NCBI GenBank assembly: GCA_017546885.1
Contig: JAFYRQ010000027.1
Coordinates: 1-24,229 of the forward strand
DNA from: Alphaproteobacteria bacterium
Lineage (GTDB): Bacteria; Pseudomonadota; Alphaproteobacteria; RF32; CAG-239
Reading direction: 5' to 3'
Length of the DNA: 24,229 nt
Part shown: piece after piece, positions 1-7,285 of the stretch
How positions within the stretch are numbered: the stretch's first letter is position 1
How the letters are laid out: every line of letters starts with the position of its first letter
The notes under the pieces: model-generated
Told to the model about the DNA's origin: nothing
What the model saw: only the letters and a program-made list of their open reading frames with translations
Databases searched by the model: none
Position numbers and translations under genes: made by a program

Positions 1-615
1 GTACACGCACAAAAAGATATAGCCTCAGGTCATATTGTAGAACTTGGAAAAGAGCCACGTCCCAATACAAGTTTAGATGCAGCAAACAGATTAATTGCAG
101 CTAAACACACAGTTACAACTCTTCCACAGCGTACTACAACACAAGAAGTTGAAACACCTCCTGTGGCTCCTGCTGAACCGGAAAAAACTCTTAAAGAAGA
201 AGGTATTGTTCAAGCTCAAGCTGATGAGGAAATAGCCAAAAAACAAAAACAAGTTGAAACAGACCCGCGCAGCGCTGAAAATGCAAGACGTGAACAAGCT
301 CACGAAGACAGAGGTAAAAAAATCAACCCGAGAATTGAAGAAATTAAAGCTCGTGCGTTAGCATCAAGACAAGCAAAACAAAGCGGTGCTGAGTTTATGG
401 TTGATGCGATGCTTGCAAACGGAAACTTGACACCGGAACAGCAAGAAGCTTTGTTAAATGCAGGTATTGCAGCCCAAAAAGCAGGAAAAGATGGTTCTAC
501 TGATCAAATTCTGAATAACATGAGAGAATCCGGACAGTTCAGTCAAGACCAAATTAAGACCGCTCGTGAAGTAAACTTTGCATACGGATTAGCCCAAAAG
601 ACAGGTAGAGAATAG
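1..615 (+). CDS. 5'-truncated hypothetical protein (Ala/Gln/Glu-rich C-terminus)
   Basis: Frame is open from base 1 (VHAQKDIASG...) to TAG at 613-615, so the 163 start in the track is internal. The stop shares one base with the GTG of the next gene. No family motif recognised. Confidence 0.8.
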   Translation, partial: VHAQKDIASGHIVELGKEPRPNTSLDAANRLIAAKHTVTTLPQRTTTQEVETPPVAPAEPEKTLKEEGIVQAQADEEIAKKQKQVETDPRSAENARREQAHEDRGKKINPRIEEIKARALASRQAKQSGAEFMVDAMLANGNLTPEQQEALLNAGIAAQKAGKDGSTDQILNNMRESGQFSQDQIKTAREVNFAYGLAQKTGRE

Positions 616-1130
616 TGAAAAAAATAAAGAAGTTTATTCGTTTCTGTTTTATCGGAGCAATATGGTCATATATCTATTTCGGAATAGTCGCATGGCTAAT
701 GAAATGGATTTGGAAATTTGATATTTTCGGTAAAAGGTATTGGATTAAAATATCTCGTTTTTGGCAAGATGGCGGTGTTATTGATACAGCGCAGGAATAT
801 TTCTTTGTAATCGCCTTGATTGCCATTATTCCGTTGTGGATATGGGGTTGGCGAAAAGCTATGAAAGTCTCGATAACCAAGATAATTTTCTTCCCTGTTT
901 TTTGGTATCACAATTATCAGGAAAAGAAATATGCTCAACTTCCCAAATCAATTACTTTGAAAAACATGGGATCAAAAGTAGGTGCTAAGCAAACGCCTCA
1001 ACAAATGTTAGAAGAAATGATTTCCAGTCGTATGCCGAAACAAAAAGATAAAAAAGATTTGAACTCAAGCAAAATTCGTAGTAGTTTTGAAGAAAAGAAT
1101 AAGACTTTTCATGAAAAAGTCGGTAAATAA
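615..1130 (+). CDS. Hypothetical membrane protein, paralog A (Trp-rich hydrophobic N-terminal domain, basic C-terminal tail)
   Basis: 171-aa ORF with GTG start coupled to the upstream stop (TAGTG). Two to three hydrophobic segments. Ungapped similarity to the N-terminus of the next ORF. Confidence 0.85.
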   Translation: MKKIKKFIRFCFIGAIWSYIYFGIVAWLMKWIWKFDIFGKRYWIKISRFWQDGGVIDTAQEYFFVIALIAIIPLWIWGWRKAMKVSITKIIFFPVFWYHNYQEKKYAQLPKSITLKNMGSKVGAKQTPQQMLEEMISSRMPKQKDKKDLNSSKIRSSFEEKNKTFHEKVGK

Positions 1131-1146
1131 GAAATAGGAGAATTTA

Positions 1147-2541
1147 TTGAAACCCTTACTCATACTTGCCAGAATCATAATTGTCGGTTTGTTATGGAGT
1201 GTTTTCTTCATGGAAAGCATTAGGGTTATTATGCTCCGTAACTGGCACTTTGACATCTTAAACATAGAACACTGGAATATCGCATGGAATTTGTGGTCCG
1301 ATTCGTGGGTTATATCAGAGCCTAAAGAGTGGGCTTTTGTACTCATTATCATATCGTTCATTCCTTTATGGTTCACAGGATGGATTGCTTTGAGCATGAT
1401 TTCTTGGGGTAAGATGATATGGTTTATCATAACTTTGCCATGGAGATTATTCAAAACATTGTTCTATAAACCGGTGAAAATCATTGCAACCAATACCGGT
1501 GTTACTCCGATTCGCAAAAAACGTTCATACAAAGAGATTCGTCCGCGAGCAATCAGAAGCACGACAACCACATATACAGACCAAATTGAACAGGAACCGC
1601 AACAAATTGTTTCCGTTCCGGCGCTTGCTCCGATTGTAATTCCGCCTTCATCAAAACCGAGCAAACCTGCTACTCAAAAATTTGACCACGCATTATTTAA
1701 GTTTGATGATGATGTTGACGATTTAGATTTTGATATTGATTCATTTGATGTTACCCCCGCTCAAAAACCGCAGGAAAATAATAACCATCGAAAAGAACGT
1801 TTTGATTATGACGAAGACGAAGCTCCGGCACGTCCTCGTAACAAACCTCAGAGCAGAGAAAGAGATAACGATAGAGATAGCGACAGACGCAACAGAAATT
1901 CTCGAGATAATGAGCGCCGTGACAGACAGGAACGAGCTCCCAGAAATGAGCGTCAGGAAAGAAATGAAAGACCGAATCGAGATTTCGAACGCCGCATAAA
2001 GGAAGATTTCAACAATAAAGAAAAACCGGTACAAAAACAACCGAGCGGCTCTTGTGTTGATATAATCAAACAAAAAGGCTATGAAGTTATCAGTCGTGTA
2101 AGTATCAAAAATACCATCATTGACTATGTCGGTGTCAGCGCAAATAAATTATGCTTGTGCATGCTAGACAGAGAACCTGGAGACTGGTTAGCGGATGAAG
2201 AACGTTTTAATGATGAAGAACCGTTATGGTTCTCTGAAAACTCGCACCGAGTTTCACCGGTTCGTAAAATTGATATAGCCAAAAGAATGATTGCGGATCG
2301 TTTGGAATCTGCTAACATAAAACTTGATATAGAAGCATTTGTAATTATCCAAATCGGTAATATTATAAATGCCGAAGATATGTTTGAAATTTGGGATTCT
2401 CTTGATATTCATGTAACCAGAATTGACAGAGGAACACCAAAAGAAATAAAATTGTTTGCCAGAGCATTACCTGATGCGGAAAAATCAATTGCACCGGGTA
2501 AACTTGATAAACTTATTAATTTATTGCGTAATATGGGATAA
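1147..2541 (+). CDS. Hypothetical membrane protein, paralog B: TM domain, charged low-complexity linker and C-terminal NERD-like (PD-(D/E)xK fold) domain
   Basis: 464 aa, TTG start with AGGAG RBS at 1136-1140. The C-terminal pattern IDYVGVSANKLCLCMLD...GDWLADEE...W...SPV parallels the NERD pattern IDH.V....GIFVIETK...GW...DE...W...NP. The domain call is by eye. Confidence 0.75.
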   Translation: MKPLLILARIIIVGLLWSVFFMESIRVIMLRNWHFDILNIEHWNIAWNLWSDSWVISEPKEWAFVLIIISFIPLWFTGWIALSMISWGKMIWFIITLPWRLFKTLFYKPVKIIATNTGVTPIRKKRSYKEIRPRAIRSTTTTYTDQIEQEPQQIVSVPALAPIVIPPSSKPSKPATQKFDHALFKFDDDVDDLDFDIDSFDVTPAQKPQENNNHRKERFDYDEDEAPARPRNKPQSRERDNDRDSDRRNRNSRDNERRDRQERAPRNERQERNERPNRDFERRIKEDFNNKEKPVQKQPSGSCVDIIKQKGYEVISRVSIKNTIIDYVGVSANKLCLCMLDREPGDWLADEERFNDEEPLWFSENSHRVSPVRKIDIAKRMIADRLESANIKLDIEAFVIIQIGNIINAEDMFEIWDSLDIHVTRIDRGTPKEIKLFARALPDAEKSIAPGKLDKLINLLRNMG

Positions 2542-2547
2542 CATAAA

Positions 2548-4731
2548 ATGGGATTACAAAAACGCGGAGAAGAATGGGCAGAATATGATCACGCGGTGCA
2601 ATGGATGTCATTGACCGTAATCATTACTCTTGTTGTAACAATTGTTTTAGCGGCGATAGCAATGCCGTTAGGCTACCTTATCGGCAATGGTGTATCAAAA
2701 GAATCCATTGAAACCGTCGGCAAATTTATGGCCACCATTTTTAACGATCCCGGATACCTTTTCAGACAATATGGTCGTTGGTTTAACCAAATATCTAACA
2801 GTCATGGTAGTTTCAGTTTAGGTATGTGGTTGCCGATTATACCTATTTTAACCCTTCCCATAGGCTTAATTATCGGTGCAATGAGTAACCCTTACCGATT
2901 TCAATCCAACATTCATGGTTCGGGACGTTTGGCAACCTTAAAAGATATTAAAGCCATGAAGTTGTTAGATGGCTTTTGTATGGTTGTAGGCAAATATAAA
3001 GGCTACTACTTAAAACTCCCTGAAACATTATCTACTCTATGTTGTGCACCTCCGGGAACCGGTAAAACCGTTGGAGTGGTTATCCCTACCATTTTCAATT
3101 CTAAAGGCATGAGCTTGGTTATTAACGACCCTAAACCGGAATTGTGCTACAGTACATCAGGTGCTCGCGCTAAAGATGGTCCGGTATTTATCATTAACTG
3201 GGGTGCGGAAGACAAGCCGGAGCAAGGTTTGTATTATCCGAGTTGGAATCCGTTGTCTCCTACAGCCTTACCGGTTGCAGGTCCGGCTCGTGATATGTAT
3301 ATCGACTCAATGTGTAATATTTTGGTGGAAGATCCTAAAGGCGGTGCCGACCCTCACTGGTCACAAACCGGTCGTGCGGCATTAACCGGATTTATTCACT
3401 TTATTTCTTCAAAATGCGAAAAAGCGCGTGCAAATGACTATTTCATCGGTCGTGTTTATGAAGGCAAACTTGATGCGGAAGATAAACAAGTTCTCGAAGG
3501 ATATTATGAAGAAATTAAAGGACACAATCCGGCTGCCGTAAGAGCCGTAACCGATTTGCGTAACAATAACCTTACTGTTGAAAACTATGTTCCTATCGGA
3601 ACTTGGGACTTGTTACCGGAAAAATGGGTCGGTCGTGAACCCTGTATTGCGATGATTATGGAGTGGTTGACCGAAGCACAAATCAAACAAGGTCGTGAAA
3701 TCCGTCGTCGTCTTGATGAAGGCGACCAAATGGCAGCAATGGCAGATCCTATGCGTGACTTGTTGGAAGCAGCTATTGATGAAGCCCGTAAGTATGGTTA
3801 TACTCAACGTGCCTACACGGAATTGTCATCATTAAGTAATATGCCTGATAAAGAACGTGGTTCCGTTATGTCAACAGCTTTCGCAGGTATCGGTGTATTC
3901 AAAAACTCGGCGGTTGTGGCAAGAACAAGCTTTTCTGACTTACAATTTAAAGATTTACGCGGTATGAAAGACCCGATTACCGGTGAATGGAAACCGATTT
4001 CGGTTTATTTGTCGGTTAACCAAGTGGATGCTCGTGCATTAGGTGTGATTAATGGTATTTTCATTGAATTGATGTCTTCGTACCTTATTTCAAACCCGCC
4101 AAACTTTGTTAATGCTTCAGACGGCAAAATGGGACCGTTCCCTTGTATGTTCGTATTGGACGAGTTTCCGCAAATGCCTAAACTTAAAGCGGTTATTGAC
4201 GGACCGGCGGTAGGACGTGGTCAAAAAGTGTCGTACTTGCTTATCGGACAAGATTTGGGACAAATTTCAGGTAAATACGGTAAGGATGACTTGGAAACGG
4301 TTATCTCTACCACCGCTTGCAAAATCATTTTATCACAGAACAACGAACAAACCGCTCAACGTTTCTCAAAAATGGTGGGTAACAAGACGGTTCAAACTTC
4401 TTCTTATTCAAAACAAGAAGGTTTTGCCAATAAAGGTGCTAACCCGTTCGCAAAGAATACAACTTATTCATTACAGGGTGTTTCGGTTATTACCGCATCT
4501 CAACTTTTGAGCTTACCTCAACTGAAACAGGTTGTATTAATGCAAAGTAACATTGACCACCCGATTATGGCAGATTCACCGCGTTGGTACTTGGATGCAA
4601 GAATGAAAGCTATGGCAAAACTTCCGCCTGCTCCGAATGTTCCGGAATGGATTGTTGCACAACGTGAAGACGTCAATGACAACATGATGGAAAAACTCGG
4701 ACTGGGAGAAGACGATAGTCAGGCCTCATAA
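2548..4731 (+). CDS. virD4: Type IV coupling protein, VirD4/TraG family ATPase
   Basis: Two N-terminal TM segments, HGSGRLA motif, Walker A APPGTGKT (3046-3069), INDPKPEL, ERGSVMST, Walker B LDEF (from 4156), GRGQKV...QDLGQISGKYG. Confidence 0.92.
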   Translation: MGLQKRGEEWAEYDHAVQWMSLTVIITLVVTIVLAAIAMPLGYLIGNGVSKESIETVGKFMATIFNDPGYLFRQYGRWFNQISNSHGSFSLGMWLPIIPILTLPIGLIIGAMSNPYRFQSNIHGSGRLATLKDIKAMKLLDGFCMVVGKYKGYYLKLPETLSTLCCAPPGTGKTVGVVIPTIFNSKGMSLVINDPKPELCYSTSGARAKDGPVFIINWGAEDKPEQGLYYPSWNPLSPTALPVAGPARDMYIDSMCNILVEDPKGGADPHWSQTGRAALTGFIHFISSKCEKARANDYFIGRVYEGKLDAEDKQVLEGYYEEIKGHNPAAVRAVTDLRNNNLTVENYVPIGTWDLLPEKWVGREPCIAMIMEWLTEAQIKQGREIRRRLDEGDQMAAMADPMRDLLEAAIDEARKYGYTQRAYTELSSLSNMPDKERGSVMSTAFAGIGVFKNSAVVARTSFSDLQFKDLRGMKDPITGEWKPISVYLSVNQVDARALGVINGIFIELMSSYLISNPPNFVNASDGKMGPFPCMFVLDEFPQMPKLKAVIDGPAVGRGQKVSYLLIGQDLGQISGKYGKDDLETVISTTACKIILSQNNEQTAQRFSKMVGNKTVQTSSYSKQEGFANKGANPFAKNTTYSLQGVSVITASQLLSLPQLKQVVLMQSNIDHPIMADSPRWYLDARMKAMAKLPPAPNVPEWIVAQREDVNDNMMEKLGLGEDDSQAS

Positions 4732-5015
4732 AAATAATAATAAATATATTTTAACAAATCCAATATCTTAATACATTTCGGATTAGTTAATGAATAATAT
4801 ACGGATTGAGCAATACGGCGGGTAGATACAATATCCGCCGCTCTTAATACAGCTAAATGTTGTGACAAAGCAGATTGACTTATACCCATAATTTTTTCCA
4901 GTTCACCTACATTTTTTTCCCCGCTTTGCAAATTACAAACTATTTCCAAACGTTTTGTATTTCCCAGAGCTTTGAGCATTTCTGCGCTTTTTTCAAATCT
5001 TTTCAAATTTTCCAT
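4719..5015 (-). CDS. ArsR/SmtB family regulator, BigR/SqrR/HlyU-like
   Basis: LKALGNTKRLEIVCNL...NVGEL...SQSALSQHLAVLR...RR..QSVYYSL winged HTH. Start reassigned to ATG at 5015 (GGAG 9 nt upstream), giving 98 aa. The longer ORF in the track extends through the intergenic region. Confidence 0.9.
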   Translation of the reverse strand: MENLKRFEKSAEMLKALGNTKRLEIVCNLQSGEKNVGELEKIMGISQSALSQHLAVLRAADIVSTRRIAQSVYYSLTNPKCIKILDLLKYIYYYFYEA

Positions 5016-5126
5016 CCCTAACATCTCCGTCAAATTAACAATTAGACATTTATAAAATAGACATTGATATTGAAATTTAAAGATTATGACCGTAATATAA
5101 TTAAAAAATTTTGGAGAATTATACAA

Positions 5127-5378
5127 ATGTCTGACGAAATAATTGAAAATATGAGTTTTGAAGATGCTCTGACCCGTTTAGAAGCTTTAGTTAGAGAATT
5201 GGAAGCCGGCAGAATAAAACTTGATGATGCGGTATCTGCATACGAACAAGCCGTAAAGTTAAAAAAATTCTGTGAAAACAAATTAAACGATGCAAAATTG
5301 AAAATCGAAAAAATAGAAACAAATTCAAACGGCAATGTTTCATTAACACCTTTAGATAAAATAGAAAACAATGAGTAA
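5127..5378 (+). CDS. xseB: Exodeoxyribonuclease VII small subunit
   Basis: SFEDALTRLEALVRELEAGRIKLDDAVSAYEQAVKLKKFC. Start reassigned to ATG 5127 after GGAG at 5113-5116. Adjacent to ispA as in the conserved operon. Confidence 0.95.
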   Translation: MSDEIIENMSFEDALTRLEALVRELEAGRIKLDDAVSAYEQAVKLKKFCENKLNDAKLKIEKIETNSNGNVSLTPLDKIENNE

Positions 5379-6273
5379 AATAGAAGAAACATTAAAAAGC
5401 TTTTCTAATCGCTTTAATCAGGAAATAAATAATTTCTTTTACTTTCCCGAAGGTTATGAACGCCGTGTTGTTGAAGCCATGTACTATTCAATGACACGAG
5501 GAGGAAAAAGACTACGTCCGTTTTTGTTATGTGAAACAGCTCGTATGTTAGGAGTAGATTTTACGCAATCATTAAATGTGGCGATGGCACTTGAAATGCT
5601 ACACACATATTCGCTTATCCATGATGACTTGCCGGCAATGGATGATGATGACATACGTCGCGGTTTTCCGACCTGCCATAAAAATTTTGACGAAGCAACA
5701 GCCATTATCGCCGGAGATGGTTTGTTGACTTACGCTTTTGAAATTATGAGCTATCCGCAAACCGTTCAAGATGCTAACACAAGATGTCGTTTAATTGAGA
5801 TGTTAGCCAGAGCAGCCGGAGCTTTTGACGGAATGGTAGCCGGTCAAATGTTAGATTTAATTGCTTCAACCTATGCAGCAAAAAGAGAAAATGCCGAAGC
5901 AATGATTAAACATATTGAAGAAATGAAAACCGGTCGTTTATTGCGTTATTCCGTTGAAGCCGGTGCTGTTTTAGGAAACGCAAATACTGAACAAATGACT
6001 GCGTTAATTAACTATTCTCGTAAAATCGGTATTGCATTTCAAATTGCAGATGATATTCTGGATGAAACGGGTGATGAAAATATCGTCGGTAAAACTTTGA
6101 GAAAGGATTCCGAACAAAACAAATTCACTTTTGTCAGTCTTTACGGACTGGATATGGCTCGAAAGATTGCCCAAGAGCTCATCGCCGGAGCTGAAGAAGA
6201 TTTACTTATATTCGGCAATAGTGCCGATAACTTAAAAGCCCTTGCTCACTATATTATTGAACGAAATCACTAA
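5371..6273 (+). CDS. ispA: Farnesyl/geranyl diphosphate synthase (polyprenyl synthetase)
   Basis: GGKRLRP, first Asp-rich motif HDDLPAMDDDDIRRG, GQMLDL, KTG, second motif FQIADDILD, GKT...D. Confidence 0.95.
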   Translation: MSKIEETLKSFSNRFNQEINNFFYFPEGYERRVVEAMYYSMTRGGKRLRPFLLCETARMLGVDFTQSLNVAMALEMLHTYSLIHDDLPAMDDDDIRRGFPTCHKNFDEATAIIAGDGLLTYAFEIMSYPQTVQDANTRCRLIEMLARAAGAFDGMVAGQMLDLIASTYAAKRENAEAMIKHIEEMKTGRLLRYSVEAGAVLGNANTEQMTALINYSRKIGIAFQIADDILDETGDENIVGKTLRKDSEQNKFTFVSLYGLDMARKIAQELIAGAEEDLLIFGNSADNLKALAHYIIERNH

Positions 6274-6284
6274 TGGAGGAAACA

Positions 6285-7223
6285 ATGAAAAACTTATGGA
6301 AAATATTTTTATTTGTAATTGCATTTGTTCTTCCTTGCACACAAGCTGCATCACAAGTGCAATTTGGCGTACCTAAAAAAATGTCAAATTCAATTTTGAG
6401 AATAAGCAGCTTCTATGACTATTATCCTTTAGGCAGTACCGCAAGCGGAAGATATGAGGGATTACTGGATACATTTTTAAAAGATTTTCAAACTTTTGCT
6501 AATTTTTCTGCTGAAATGTATCGAGGTCAAGATTACGAAGAAACAATTCGTACCGGAGCAAAAGGCAGATCTGACATAATTCTCGGAATGTATTCCGACA
6601 CCAGTATTTACGGAGATTTGAAATTCATCTATCCGGCCGCAATAGATAATCCGGTTCATCTGGTCATGCTTCCTTCTAAAATCTCTGCGGTAAAAAAAAT
6701 ATCTGATTTAAAAAATATGAAAGGTGCCATCGACAGTCGTGAATATTGGAGCGATTTTGTAAAAGATCAAATGCAAAACTTCAATTTGGAAAAGATTGAT
6801 AACTCCTATGATTTGTACGGCAAACTTTTGAGAGGAGAAATTGATTATATCTTCACCACCTATTGGTTCGGTTCAATTGAAATGATGAAATTGGGTGTAA
6901 GAGATTTAGTAACCTTGTCTAAAAAAAGCATCTGGAGTATGCCTGTTTTTATCGGAATATCAAAGATTTCCATGGAGAGAGATTATCTTTCTCACAATTT
7001 GACTCAGTGGCTGTCCCGTCAAGAAGTCAGAGACAAAATAAAAAATCGAGCTATCGAAATTTTGCAAAAAGTTGAAGAAGAAACCAGAGGAACGGTTCCA
7101 CCATCCTATATTTTGGAACAACCTAAAGAAGAAGCAAAAACTCCGGTTGAGGAAAAAAACAATCCGTTGCTATCTTCTTCTCCTCTTTTAGGTGGTCCGC
7201 TTTTAAATAATACAAATAACTGA
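6285..7223 (+). CDS. Exported solute-binding protein, probably family 3 (amino-acid-type periplasmic binding fold)
   Basis: Signal peptide MKNLWKIFLFVIAFVLPCTQA. Segments resembling family-3 SBPs (YYPLG...YEG...D; DLKFIYP; ISDLKNMKG; LLRGEIDYI). Start placed at ATG 6285 behind GGAGG; the alternative is 6273. Confidence 0.6.
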   Translation: MKNLWKIFLFVIAFVLPCTQAASQVQFGVPKKMSNSILRISSFYDYYPLGSTASGRYEGLLDTFLKDFQTFANFSAEMYRGQDYEETIRTGAKGRSDIILGMYSDTSIYGDLKFIYPAAIDNPVHLVMLPSKISAVKKISDLKNMKGAIDSREYWSDFVKDQMQNFNLEKIDNSYDLYGKLLRGEIDYIFTTYWFGSIEMMKLGVRDLVTLSKKSIWSMPVFIGISKISMERDYLSHNLTQWLSRQEVRDKIKNRAIEILQKVEEETRGTVPPSYILEQPKEEAKTPVEEKNNPLLSSSPLLGGPLLNNTNN

Positions 7224-7224
7224 C

Positions 7225-7253
7225 TTGACCTATTATAAACAAATTGATAGATT
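7225..7253 (+). promoter_or_regulatory. Candidate sigma70 promoter for fzlA and the lipoprotein gene
   Basis: TTGACC (7225-7230), 17 nt, TAGATT (7248-7253) in the short intergenic gap. Confidence 0.55.
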
Positions 7254-7285
7254 AAGAATATAATTTAATTGTGGGGGTAATATAT

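Noticed and set aside
1065-1454. 129-aa minus-strand ORF, plus other short overlapping ORFs throughout the track
   Set aside because: They overlap better-supported genes that have RBSs, operon packing and recognisable motifs.
1850-1990. Short AG-rich repeats as a possible CRISPR or DNA-level tandem array
   Set aside because: Irregular, with no constant repeat-spacer period; explained by the R/D/E-rich protein linker.
1-4731. Calling the T4CP region an ICE or conjugative element
   Set aside because: No integrase, att repeat, relaxase, oriT or virB gene is visible, and the right edge overlaps a chromosomal-type regulator.
5016-5126. N-terminal extensions of the ArsR ORF (to 5126) and xseB ORF (from 5064)
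   Set aside because: They would overlap each other across the divergent promoter gap, and better RBS-backed starts exist at 5015 and 5127.
7252-7268. TTAA pairs upstream of fzlA (and at 14134-14150) as CtrA boxes
   Set aside because: Spacing is 9 nt, not 7.
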